From positions 1 to 64,000 of IMG/VR virus record IMGVR_UViG_3300033074_000216: a stretch of DNA of 64,000 nt; one strand, written 5' to 3'. The position numbers and the translations under genes are program-made. The notes beneath the pieces were generated by a model. The model saw only the letters and a program-made list of their open reading frames with translations. It was not told the DNA's origin and did not search any database. Source of the DNA: a virus. Its lineage: Duplodnaviria; Caudoviricetes. This document shows, piece by piece, positions 9,999 through 20,497 of the stretch (positions are counted from its first letter, which is position 1; each line of letters opens with the position of its first letter).

Positions 9999-10395
9999 TT
10001 AAACTTTTTAGAGAACTATTCTCATACATTAACATAAGGAAGCCGAAATGGCAAGACAATCATTATTTGGAAGCGCAAAGCTATTCGTAGAAACATCTGT
10101 TGGTCTAACTGTAGATACTGTTGCATTAGTTAGAAATGAACTACAACATACTGCTAGACTTAACGGTCTTGAGAATGATATCGAGTTCGATGATACTGTA
10201 CTATCTGCTATGCAATCTGTATTAGATGAACTAGCTAAGATACCAACAGCAGAACCTCAATCTAAAGCAGATGAGTTCAAAGCTAAAGTATTAAACAAAA
10301 GATTAGCTAAGTTAGAAGCATTAGTTTAATTGTCATTGTTGGTTCGGCTTAATCTAGTCGACCAACTTTAAACTTTCTAGAGATTAATTCTCATA
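9999..10395 (+). repeat. 28-bp direct repeat upstream of the first two early genes (candidate phage promoter)
   Basis: ttaaactttttagagaactattctcata (9999-10026) vs ttaaactttctagagattaattctcata (10368-10395), 24/28 identical, each followed by an AAGGA SD. Confidence 0.55.
10048..10329 (+). CDS. early protein (paralog of 11036-11383)
   Basis: SD plus ATG; N-terminus MARQSLFGS. Confidence 0.7.
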   Translation: MARQSLFGSAKLFVETSVGLTVDTVALVRNELQHTARLNGLENDIEFDDTVLSAMQSVLDELAKIPTAEPQSKADEFKAKVLNKRLAKLEALV

Positions 10396-10415
10396 TTTTA
10401 AATAAGGATTTCGTA

Positions 10416-10703
10416 ATGAAAACAACAACTACAACTCAAACTCCAGTTGCTCCAGTAGCTAACCCTATCGTATCATATATTGTTAAAGTATTTGATGGTG
10501 TATTCAGTGAATCTGATATTCAAACTAACAGAAAATATTGTTTCTATAGAATTGCTAACTTTGAATCTCCAAAAACTAAAGTAAGATTAAATACTATCTT
10601 AAATGAAGATGAGATTGGCGAAATTATCAATGAGTTATCTACTCTACAATTCAATAGAAAACTAGCTCAAAGAGTTGCTCGTGCAGGCGAGGCATCATTC
10701 TAA
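10416..10703 (+). CDS. early hypothetical protein
   Basis: SD plus ATG; followed by a terminator. Confidence 0.7.
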   Translation: MKTTTTTQTPVAPVANPIVSYIVKVFDGVFSESDIQTNRKYCFYRIANFESPKTKVRLNTILNEDEIGEIINELSTLQFNRKLAQRVARAGEASF

Positions 10704-10705
10704 GC

Positions 10706-10732
10706 AGAGGCCTTCGGGCTTCTCCTTTTTCC
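10706..10732 (+). terminator. intrinsic terminator
   Basis: agaggcc-TTCG-ggcttct hairpin followed by a T-run. Confidence 0.6.
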
Positions 10733-10893
10733 CTATCATCACAGCCTGTCGGCTATTCCTACTTCCATTTGTACCATCACTATTTGGATAGTCTAATCAT
10801 TTCAGCTCCTCATCCTCAATCCACTTTAATCTTTTTAGCATTCAGATTTAGTCAAATTCATCTGGATAATCTAACTTAAAACAGGAGAATACA

Positions 10894-11043
10894 ATGGAAA
10901 CAGTATACGAAGTATACAATTATGCATTAGGAGCTAGTCAAATGATGACTCAGGAACAAATAAACAATCTAACAATTGCAGATGTTAAATCTGGAAACTT
11001 AGAAGTAATAGAAGAACACAATACGGAGGTGTCAAATGGCTAA
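10894..11043 (+). CDS. 49-aa early protein (not in ORF track)
   Basis: AGGAG SD; METVYEVYNYALGASQ... Confidence 0.5.
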   Translation: METVYEVYNYALGASQMMTQEQINNLTIADVKSGNLEVIEEHNTEVSNG

Positions 11044-11383
11044 GAGAAAATTATTCGGAAGTGTAATCGCACTTGCAGAAACAACTATAGAAAAAGCAGA
11101 GTCAGTAGTATACGAAGGTTTATCATCAATCGAGTATGGTGCTAAAGCAATGACAAATGTAATTGAGGAATTTCATAATGATACAATGCTTGATGTACTT
11201 GATTCAAGATTAGCACTTGCAAACAAACTACATTCTGTAAATTCTCAACTTAAAACATTAGGCTTCAATAACGCAAGTGACGAGGGAGTTTTATCTATCT
11301 CTAGAAGACCTCAACCTAACGTACACAAGTTAACAATTCCACATCAATCTCAATCAACTCAAGTTGAGCAGGAGACAATCTAA
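11036..11383 (+). CDS. early protein (paralog of 10048-10329)
   Basis: GGAGG SD; N-terminus MAKRKLFGS. Confidence 0.7.
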   Translation: MAKRKLFGSVIALAETTIEKAESVVYEGLSSIEYGAKAMTNVIEEFHNDTMLDVLDSRLALANKLHSVNSQLKTLGFNNASDEGVLSISRRPQPNVHKLTIPHQSQSTQVEQETI

Positions 11384-11458
11384 ATAGATAACGAGAGGAG
11401 AGCGTAGTCTCTCTTCAAAGGTATTTATACCATAATTAACAAAACAAAGGAAAGAACA

Positions 11459-12127
11459 ATGGCAGAATTAACATTTGCAGACAGATTAGCACAAGCGAGA
11501 GCTAAAAACTTAGCTAACAACACAGACACTAGATTAAAGTCAGATGTTGCAATTAACGATGCTTTAAAGAGAGAGTCAGTTAAAACAATGTCAACAATCA
11601 TCTTAGGATTAGCTGAAGAACTAAACTTAGATAGCGAGAAACTAGAGAGAAGAATCGAGCAAGCAAGAAGAAGTAAATACGGAAGAATTTGTGAGTTAAT
11701 GTCAATCGTTGCATCAATCTATGCGTGGCCAATCAGCCAAAATACTCAAGCATCTGAGATTCCAGAAATCAGAGAGAGAATGTTAGATTACTTAACAACT
11801 CTTAACATATCAGTAGACGGAGACTTACTATTAGATATGAAAGAAGCTAAAGGTCATAACTCATTCCTTGACGAATCAACATTCGAAGTAGTAGCTGGAG
11901 TAGAACCAATCTATGACGAACTAGAGTATTACTACTTAACATTCGCATCAGCTTGCAACATCTCAATCATCGACTACAAAATGAACGAAACAGTATGGGA
12001 CAAGATGGAAACATCAGCAATCCAAGCAGTACAAGCAAGTCTTGAGGCCGCTCAAACAGCATTAGCTAAGAAAAGAGAAATGGAAGAAGAACTAAACAAA
12101 GCAGTTCAAGAAGGAGATGTAGCGTAA
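11459..12127 (+). CDS. acidic helical early protein upstream of the RNAP
   Basis: 222 aa, strong SD. Confidence 0.7.
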   Translation: MAELTFADRLAQARAKNLANNTDTRLKSDVAINDALKRESVKTMSTIILGLAEELNLDSEKLERRIEQARRSKYGRICELMSIVASIYAWPISQNTQASEIPEIRERMLDYLTTLNISVDGDLLLDMKEAKGHNSFLDESTFEVVAGVEPIYDELEYYYLTFASACNISIIDYKMNETVWDKMETSAIQAVQASLEAAQTALAKKREMEEELNKAVQEGDVA

Positions 12128-12337
12128 GCTACTCTCTTATCGGATACATATGAAAATAGTAAGATTAACAAAACATCAAGCTCAACAGCTTAACATTAAA
12201 TCAGCTCATCTAAATGAGAAATGTACAGGAAGAATCTGTAGTGCTAAAACATACCCAGGAGTAAAACAACCTGATAAGTGTGCACAAACAACAAGAGTGT
12301 CAATCTAACTCTATTACTTGCAACAAGGATAAACAAA

Positions 12338-14140
12338 ATGATTACAAAATTAATAAAGGATAGCTTACCAGAAGCTAATAGAAACTACCTTAGGTTACAA
12401 GACCCAAAGACTCAAGAAGTATTAAATGCTATTGAATGGAATTGGGTTAATGGTAACAAAGGATTATCAGTACCATATTGGGCACAACAAGTTACTAATG
12501 CACACCTAGAAAGAGTACTATATGCTCTATCAGATGCAAATTGGGTAACAACTAGAGCTAATGCTAGAATGAGATGGGGAGAATTCTCTCTAAACCAAAC
12601 TACATTAGACAAACATTTAACTCAAGCAGAACAATTAGCTTACAAAACTAAAGTTAGAATCAAAAAGTATGCTATGAGAAACATCGAAGACTTAACTACA
12701 GATATGGTTAAGACTCCAACAGGTTATAGAAAGACAGGATTAATAAGAGAAGGATTTGCTAAATGCTCTAACGAAGTATTTAAACTAGATGTTATGCCAT
12801 TAGTTAAATACTATGATGCAGTACTAGCTAACCTAACTAAATCTATGGATAAAATCATTGAGAAGTATCCATCTATCAAACTAGACGAAACATCTTACTC
12901 TGTAATCTCTAAAGAACTATTAGATTACTATATCTTCAACAGTAACAATGAATACAACCTTGAAGGTAATGTATCAGACTCTAGAGGTAGAGCAATCTAC
13001 AATGCACTATCAAGAGTAGGTAATCCTATCGCTTGTAAAGACATCAGAGCTTGTCTAGTATCAACTAAACCTGTAGTTATCTCTCCATCATCAACAGCAG
13101 AACTAAAAGACATCTATCTATTCATAGCTGAATTAGCTGGTGAGAAACACTGCAAATCGTGGAATCAAAAAGCATTAGCTGGTCGTATGGCTTACTCAAG
13201 AAGACAATTACACGACTTAGACCTAACAGACATCGAAGACAGAAAAGAGTTACACGAGAACATTTGGCTTGAGAGAATCTACCACGCATTAGATGTAATG
13301 CACGAGAATGGTTCAATCCTTTGGGATATTCCATTAGAAATCGATGCTACTATGTCATTAGCTCAAGTAGTTGGTACATTAACTAATGATTACAGACTAC
13401 TTAACAGAACTAATGTTATCAATCCAGACGAACTACTAGATGCATGGCACGTAGATGGTGTACCAAGACTACATACGAAAACTGTAGGTACTCCTACATT
13501 CTATGGTTCAGCTCAAACAGCTACATCGCTATTGAGAAAGAAAAAGCTAAGCTACACAAGAGACCACGTTAAAATCCTTAACAAGGAATTCAGTAAAGGT
13601 GCATTCGGTGTAATCAAAGCATTCAAAGACTTCCTAATCCAACATTCGAATGTACTTACTCCATCAATCCAAATGGACATTTGGGACGACCTATTCGAAG
13701 TAGAAGTTAACAAATTCAAACCAGCAGGTGCTGAGTTAAACGCATACACAGTATGGGATACTCAGTCAAACAGACCAGTAACATTCCTTAACCACGAACC
13801 TATCCTAGTTCCAAACTACGAGAGATTCAGACTATACTTCCCAACGGGACTAGTACACAATCTAGACTCTCAACTTATGAACAAAACATTACTAATGTTA
13901 GGTGATGAGTGGGCTATTGCTATCCACGATGCAATACTATGTATGCCAGGAAGCAAAGCAAGACAATGTTATGTATCAGTATTGGAAGAACTAAGAAAAC
14001 ATAGACATACAATACTAAGAAACTACAAAGAATCAATTGGTGCCACATCGCTATCAGCAGAGATTGCGTGGGCTAAACTATTAGAAATAACGGAGCAATG
14101 TCCAGCAGACATCCCGTTCTCAGAGTCAGCACTTAAGTAG
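12338..14140 (+). CDS. single-subunit T7/N4-RNAPII-type DNA-dependent RNA polymerase (about 600 aa)
   Basis: DSRGRAIY, motif A PLEIDATMS, motif B RLHTKTVGTPTFYG (Rx3Kx7YG), LVHNLDS, motif C AIHDA; start moved to the SD-preceded ATG at 12338. Confidence 0.9.
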   Translation: MITKLIKDSLPEANRNYLRLQDPKTQEVLNAIEWNWVNGNKGLSVPYWAQQVTNAHLERVLYALSDANWVTTRANARMRWGEFSLNQTTLDKHLTQAEQLAYKTKVRIKKYAMRNIEDLTTDMVKTPTGYRKTGLIREGFAKCSNEVFKLDVMPLVKYYDAVLANLTKSMDKIIEKYPSIKLDETSYSVISKELLDYYIFNSNNEYNLEGNVSDSRGRAIYNALSRVGNPIACKDIRACLVSTKPVVISPSSTAELKDIYLFIAELAGEKHCKSWNQKALAGRMAYSRRQLHDLDLTDIEDRKELHENIWLERIYHALDVMHENGSILWDIPLEIDATMSLAQVVGTLTNDYRLLNRTNVINPDELLDAWHVDGVPRLHTKTVGTPTFYGSAQTATSLLRKKKLSYTRDHVKILNKEFSKGAFGVIKAFKDFLIQHSNVLTPSIQMDIWDDLFEVEVNKFKPAGAELNAYTVWDTQSNRPVTFLNHEPILVPNYERFRLYFPTGLVHNLDSQLMNKTLLMLGDEWAIAIHDAILCMPGSKARQCYVSVLEELRKHRHTILRNYKESIGATSLSAEIAWAKLLEITEQCPADIPFSESALK

Positions 14141-14171
14141 TGCTACTCTCATATTAAATAAGGAAAAACAA

Positions 14172-15231
14172 ATGGCAATTTACACAGCAAAACTAGTAAC
14201 AGACAAATTCAGAGATGTGAAAACAGGCTCTCCTAAGATACTACTTGAGAAAGTAATCATCAAAGACGGAGAAGAATTCAGAGACCACTGTTATGTTAAA
14301 GTAAACGGTAACATCCAAAGAAAACTTAACTGTATGAGACCAGGGCACAAATTCGTAATCCAATTCGAAGCTGATACAGTAGAGTATCTAAGAAGAGGAG
14401 TTGAGAAGGCTCAAACTCTTGACAACATTAGAAACATAAAAGTATTAGGTAGGGCGTAAGCCTTCCCTAACTTCTTTTTTCTTTTTTCTTGTTCTACTGG
14501 ATAGTTCCACAATAGGAACAATGACAATTTTAATTAAAGGAATAATAATGCAATCTAATATAATATTTCAGAAATATAATTGGAATCCTAAAGAGAAAAC
14601 TCTTCTAAAAAAGTTAGATGTATGGTCTAAAATAGTAGAAGAAATGGTTAATGCTAAGCATTTTGCTTGTAGTTATACAGGCTTAGATATTATACTAATC
14701 GATAGCTTTATGTGGAGAACTTCAATTTATGGTTATGATTTCTGGTGTGATATAGATAATAAACTAGATGAACTAAAAGGAGAATAACATGAACCCAGCA
14801 ATATACCTTGCTATAGCTTTCTATATAGTTCCTATGATACTAACTTTCGTATTTTTATTTATTATGAATAGGTATAAGATAGACTCTCCTACAACTCTAG
14901 GACAAGCTTTAGCTATGTCTTGTTTACCATTCTTAAATGTAATTGTACTTATGGCTTGCTTAGTTACAATAATCCCATATTATTTAAAATTCTCTACTAA
15001 TTGGAAAAGATTAAACACTTGGTTCTTACAAGGAAGAGATAAAAAATGAATTACAAACTATTACTTCAATTAGAAATGGAAGAGACAAAACGCTTACGAG
15101 AAGAGTTAGCTCTTACTAAACTCAAACTAGAAGTAGCTGAGAGTAGAATCAAACGAACTCCTTCTATTCCAACTAATGATGTTTATAATATCATAATTAG
15201 TAATTCATCTCATTTTTCAATAAAGGCTTAA
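14172..15231 (+). CDS. four small hypothetical proteins (14172-14459, 14548-14787, 14789-15049 membrane, 15046-15231)
   Basis: coupled ORFs with SDs. Confidence 0.6.
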
Positions 15232-15232
15232 T

Positions 15233-15661
15233 ATGTCATTCTTTATATTTGTAGTCGTAGTTATAGGTGTTCTAATTTACTTAGATAATAAACCTAAAGT
15301 ACAATTTAAATCTAGACCATACACAAAAAGAACTAGAGATACTGATAAACCATTAGATGATCAAACTAACTTATTCATATTCTTATCAAATAAGAAGGGT
15401 TATCTTCAATCTGATGTTTGGCAAGGAAAACGTAAAGCAGTATTAAAACGAGACAAGCATACATGTCAATGTTGTGGAGCAACAGAAGTATCTTTACATG
15501 TCCATCACTTACGTGAATACAATCGATTAGGTACTGAATCATTATCATCATTAATTAGTTTATGTGGTCCATGTCATCAATTCCAGCATGATACTTTAGG
15601 CTATCCACAAACATTCAAACAATACATGGAATGGAACGTACCATTAATCAAAAGGAATTAA
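15233..15661 (+). CDS. HNH endonuclease with N-terminal TM segment
   Basis: RDKHTCQCCG...HVHH...LCGPCH. Confidence 0.8.
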   Translation: MSFFIFVVVVIGVLIYLDNKPKVQFKSRPYTKRTRDTDKPLDDQTNLFIFLSNKKGYLQSDVWQGKRKAVLKRDKHTCQCCGATEVSLHVHHLREYNRLGTESLSSLISLCGPCHQFQHDTLGYPQTFKQYMEWNVPLIKRN

Positions 15662-15662
15662 A

Positions 15663-16697
15663 ATGCACATCCGTAAACTCTCTGAAGTTCTAACAGCCTC
15701 AGGATTAGGAGTATTCCTAGTTACAGGACTTACAGGATGTGACCGTAACATTTGTGATGAAGATAAAAATCATCTAACTCAACGTGAGCAACTAGCTCAA
15801 AAGGAATGTAAAGAAGACACAGTAATCATTTCAAATGCTTCATCTTCAGCACATTCTTCAGGCTTCTTTATGCCTATACATACATCATCTTACCATTCAT
15901 CTGGTGGATAAATTTAATTAAGGAGACATTATGTCGAAAACAACTAGAACTATCATTAAAGCTATTCTTATTACAATAGCTCTACAAATTATACCATTCT
16001 ATTTAAACTTCCTATATTATGGAGTTATTACATTCGGAGATGGATTAGCTGTATTATCAGGTACTTGTGTAATTATCAATGGAATAATTATTGGTGCATT
16101 ATTTGCAATTAACGATTAAGGAAAATTATGAAAATCTTATTATCAATAATTACAGCTTTATTTTTTACAGCTTGTAATGATTCATTTATGAAATCTTATA
16201 ATGATTTAGCTGAAGAAGCTGTTACATCATTAGAATACTCTCCAGACTGTGTTGCTTATGCAAAACCAACTAACTCAAGTATCAAAATTACTCAGGAAGG
16301 CTACACTAGATTCATAGTTAAACTAGAAGCTTGTAAGACTCGAGAAATGTTTGATGGTTTTGCCAACTAAGGATAAACAATGATAGACGGAAGTAGATTA
16401 GAAAAAGGACAAACTGGATTTGTAATACATGAATTTAAAGCAATACCAGTTACAATTAGTTCAGTAGAAGACATAGCTTATCATGGAACACCTTGCTATA
16501 AATTCCATTGCAAAGAAATCAATAATGAGTCTTTCTGGGAGTTATACACTGAGAAAGAAGCATATGAAAAATTATTATCTATGGCAATTAAAGGTAAACA
16601 AACCATTCAAGAAAACATAGATAAAGAAAAATCAAAGAAAAGATATATTAAAGAACGAATTAATAACATCAAAATTATATTAGAAGGATTACAATGA
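15663..16697 (+). CDS. small lipoprotein/membrane/hypothetical genes (15663-15911, 15931-16119, 16128-16370, 16380-16697)
   Basis: LTGC and FTAC lipobox-like motifs; TM segments. Confidence 0.55.
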
Positions 16698-17635
16698 TAA
16701 CAGATTTAAAACCAGGTGATAAAGTATTATTACACACAGAATCATTCTTAAGAGAAAAATATACAAGAGCAGCTGTTTATGACATGATTTACAGACCAGA
16801 AGTAGGTTTATACCTAGGTAAAGAAGTAACTATTAGAGAATTTACAAAATATAAAGAACCTTCTTTTTATATTGAAGGAACATCAGTTATAATTGAAGTA
16901 AGAATGGTAAAAGAAAAAATAACACAAGAAGAAAAAGGAAATACAATGAATAGTTTAAAATTAAGAGCATTCGAAGAAATGTTAAAAATGGCTTTACCAA
17001 TGCCATTAGAATTTGGTGCAAGTATCCCAGCAAGAGGATGTGGTAAATCATTTATGATGGACACAATGTTAAAAGCTATGACTGCTGCTAAACCAGCTAG
17101 AACAAAATACTTAACACTTAACGTAGTTAATGGTCAAGCAAACGTTAAAGAAATGATTCATCAAGCATACTTTGCAGAAATCAAAGATCCAAGACCATTT
17201 ATCCAAGACATGTTGAAAAGAGAACTAACTAGATTATATACATATCTAGAAACAATTGCTCCTTTAAAATCAAACTTAGGTTTCAACTTAAAACTTAGAG
17301 GAATGTTTGAAGCGTTACAAGATATAGCTAAGAAACCAGTTAAATCAATGACTACTGAAGATGCTGTTAGAGTTTATGAATTCCAAAAAGAATACGATAA
17401 CTATCAAGCTGCAGTTCAAGCTAACAACGGTGTATGTCCATATCAATGGATTGAAGCTCATTTAACACATGACAATTTAAACACACCAAAAATAGTTACT
17501 TTATTTGCTTCAAATAAAATTCAAATATTAATCAAAAATGGATTATTAATCTATAGAGAAGAATCACCAAAAGCTAACTACAGATTTGAATTAGAAATCA
17601 AATTCTCAGTAGCTGATAACAAATTCTCATTATAA
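16694..17635 (+). CDS. hypothetical protein with an internal SD-ATG at 16946
   Basis: 313-aa ORF; AAAGGAAATACA-ATG in frame. Confidence 0.6.
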   Translation: MITDLKPGDKVLLHTESFLREKYTRAAVYDMIYRPEVGLYLGKEVTIREFTKYKEPSFYIEGTSVIIEVRMVKEKITQEEKGNTMNSLKLRAFEEMLKMALPMPLEFGASIPARGCGKSFMMDTMLKAMTAAKPARTKYLTLNVVNGQANVKEMIHQAYFAEIKDPRPFIQDMLKRELTRLYTYLETIAPLKSNLGFNLKLRGMFEALQDIAKKPVKSMTTEDAVRVYEFQKEYDNYQAAVQANNGVCPYQWIEAHLTHDNLNTPKIVTLFASNKIQILIKNGLLIYREESPKANYRFELEIKFSVADNKFSL

Positions 17636-17659
17636 AACACAAACAAAAGGAAAAACAAA

Positions 17660-18892
17660 ATGTCAAACGCAGTAAAACTTTCAGCACCAGCTCATCATGA
17701 TGAAAGAGAAGAATCAGATCCATTAGCAGATGCTATTGATCAAGCAAGCGGTTTAGTAATTCAATTTACTACATTCAACGGAATGGTCCAAATCTCTCAG
17801 ATTGATCCAAACAGTACAACAGACCATCTAAGACCAGGTGTATACACACTTAGATACAGTATGATGTCAGGTTTCTACTTAGAAGTAGAACACACACCTA
17901 AGATTCCTTCAGAATTATATGGTAACGTAGTTGAAAGAGCTGATTTAATTATCAACACTTACAAAGACAGATCAGTATCAACAGGTGTATTAGCTATCGG
18001 TAACAAAGGTTCAGGTAAAACATTATTAACAACTATTATCTCAAGCAAGTTAGTTGCTGATGGTGTTCCAGTAATCTTAATTCCAGCTGGCTACTCAGGT
18101 GCAGGATTCAACTCATTCTTAGCTCACTTAGGTAATTGTTGTTTAATCTTCGATGAATTCGCTAAGCTTTATGACAACGATAAGAATGCTCAAAACGACT
18201 TATTAACTCTATTCGATGGAACTAAGAGTACAAAAAGATTAATTCTTTTAACTGAGAACGATGAGTACAATATCAATTCATTCCTATTAGGAAGACCAGG
18301 AAGAATCCTATATAAATTCAACTATGGAGCATTAGCTTTAGAAGTTGTTGAAGAAGTATTAGATGCAAATGGTATCAAAGACGAAGCTAAAGCTCAAATG
18401 TTACATTATTCAACTGACATCGATGGTATGTCTATGGACATCTTAAAAGCATTAATCGATGAACATTTAAGATACCCTGAAACTGACTTAAAAGACATCG
18501 TTGAAAGACTTAACGTTACGACTACATCATCATTCACTAAGTACGAGTTCATTCCAGAGAAAATCGAGCTATCAGATGCTGGTAAAGAAATCGGTATTGA
18601 TGATATCGTAGTTAACGGACAACACGTTTACATGATAACTAAAGAACAAAAAGCTTCAGAAATCAAGTATTACACAATGGAAAAATTCTCTGACGGAGAA
18701 AAGAATCCAGAGTATGATCCAAACTTCAAATTCGATCTATTAACATCTGATTATAGAATGTCATTCGGAATCAGAAAAGACAAACCTAAAGCAGTTAAAG
18801 ATGGTAAGTACTTATACTTACTTGAGTACGCTTCAGTTGTCGGAGAATGGAAAGAAATAAGACCTGTCTACAACTATGGCGGACTATTCTAA
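17660..18892 (+). CDS. AAA+ ATPase
   Basis: GNKGSGKT, LIFDEF, arginine-finger RPGR. Confidence 0.85.
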   Translation: MSNAVKLSAPAHHDEREESDPLADAIDQASGLVIQFTTFNGMVQISQIDPNSTTDHLRPGVYTLRYSMMSGFYLEVEHTPKIPSELYGNVVERADLIINTYKDRSVSTGVLAIGNKGSGKTLLTTIISSKLVADGVPVILIPAGYSGAGFNSFLAHLGNCCLIFDEFAKLYDNDKNAQNDLLTLFDGTKSTKRLILLTENDEYNINSFLLGRPGRILYKFNYGALALEVVEEVLDANGIKDEAKAQMLHYSTDIDGMSMDILKALIDEHLRYPETDLKDIVERLNVTTTSSFTKYEFIPEKIELSDAGKEIGIDDIVVNGQHVYMITKEQKASEIKYYTMEKFSDGEKNPEYDPNFKFDLLTSDYRMSFGIRKDKPKAVKDGKYLYLLEYASVVGEWKEIRPVYNYGGLF

Positions 18893-18929
18893 GAGGGAGC
18901 AATCCCTCTATCTTAATTAAGGATTAACA

Positions 18930-19310
18930 ATGTTTGAAACATTATTTGTACTACTAGTACTATTTCAAATCAAGCACTTCGCTGCTGATTTCCCGTTACA
19001 AACTCAATACATGCTTGGCAAGTTCAAACCTGATGGTTGGATACTACCATTATCATTCCATTCAGCAGTTCATGCATTTATGACAGCTACTATAGCTATT
19101 ATGTTTGCTAACTCATTATACGTAATCATATTCGTTACAATCGTTGATTTCATCATTCATTTCATTATGGATAGAATCAAAGCCTCTCCAGACTTATTAG
19201 GTAGATGGAATCCAACTCAATCTATGTTCTGGAATATGGTAGGTATTGATCAAATGGTTCACCATTTAACTCATTACTTCATCATTTACATTATTATAAC
19301 TAGAGGTTAA
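18930..19310 (+). CDS. DUF3307-like membrane protein
   Basis: KHFAADFPLQ, HSAVHA, HFIMD, DQMVH His/Asp motifs. Confidence 0.75.
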   Translation: MFETLFVLLVLFQIKHFAADFPLQTQYMLGKFKPDGWILPLSFHSAVHAFMTATIAIMFANSLYVIIFVTIVDFIIHFIMDRIKASPDLLGRWNPTQSMFWNMVGIDQMVHHLTHYFIIYIIITRG

Positions 19311-19311
19311 C

Positions 19312-19717
19312 ATGCCTTCATTTATTATCAAGCAATTCGCAGCAACTGGTTCACCTATTTTACAAGACCATAGTACGAGACTATCTACACCAGACAACCT
19401 ATTAACTCTAATAGACATGTCTAATTCAATCATTAAACCTGGAGATTGTTACTTAGTTACTATATCTAAGATAGGTGCCGAACAAATCATTATCAAAGGA
19501 GACAGCAATGTCGAAGAAAAAGAAAAACAAGAAGAAAGTCAAAATGATTCATCAGATGACGGCGTATCTGGAGACTGAACTTAGACAAGCTAAGACTACT
19601 TTAGACAACGGATGCTTTGAGCATAATTCTGTTGTTGAGGAAGCTGTAGCCAAAGCTAACGTTGATACTTTAACTAAAGTTTTAGAAAAGGCTAAGTCTA
19701 TACAATTACCTTTTTAG
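19312..19717 (+). CDS. two hypothetical proteins (19312-19578; about 19508-19717)
   Basis: overlapping ORFs. Confidence 0.45.
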
Positions 19718-19725
19718 GAGGTTCA

Positions 19726-20334
19726 ATGAAACCATTTAACCCTGATTTAAAAGCAGACCTTACTGCTGTTGGAGGAATCTATACAATCATCATAGTTTTA
19801 TCTATGTGGATTCACTCTAATTATAAACTTCAACACGAACTTACTCAACTCAAAGCTGATTATTTTCAAGCTAAAGTTCTTGTAGTTGAACTAGACTCAA
19901 CAAACACATCTCTACACGAAGCTCTCATCAGCTTAAACAAGTCTTATGATGAAGTGGAGAGCAAAGCAAACTACTTCCAGAAACTCTCTGGACTAAAGGA
20001 AGATCTCCGGAGCTATTCCCTCGAAGACCAAGCCACAGGTTATGCCTTAGGTTGGACTGAAACTGAGTGGAACTATTATGCTACTCACAATTCTGCAGCT
20101 CAAGGTATCTGTGGAGTTATGCCCTTATGGCATCCATATCTCCACGACTTAGGTATCAAACCTAATTCAATCGAAGCCTGTATTGCAATCTACAACTTCT
20201 ACTTAGACCAAACTGGTTCTAATACGAAAGCTGTTAAGAATTACAAAGGTATCGAATCAAAAAAATACGAATGGTTAATAAAACACACATTATACCTTCG
20301 ACAATACATATTAAAAAGACTTAAAGAACAATAA
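19726..20334 (+). CDS. membrane-anchored lysozyme-like/lytic transglycosylase protein
   Basis: TM plus coiled coil, then WTETEW and QGICGVMP SLT-like motifs. Confidence 0.55.
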   Translation: MKPFNPDLKADLTAVGGIYTIIIVLSMWIHSNYKLQHELTQLKADYFQAKVLVVELDSTNTSLHEALISLNKSYDEVESKANYFQKLSGLKEDLRSYSLEDQATGYALGWTETEWNYYATHNSAAQGICGVMPLWHPYLHDLGIKPNSIEACIAIYNFYLDQTGSNTKAVKNYKGIESKKYEWLIKHTLYLRQYILKRLKEQ

Positions 20335-20497
20335 TGAAACTATTTATTTCAAGAATTTATGCAACTATCTTGGCTTTCTGGCATGGTGGAGATATTCACT
20401 ATCGATACATCAATAAAAAAGGTTACTGGGAATTTGAAATTTATTTCTATTATGGATTTATGCTTCGAAAAGTCTTATACAAAACGAAAGGTCTTAG

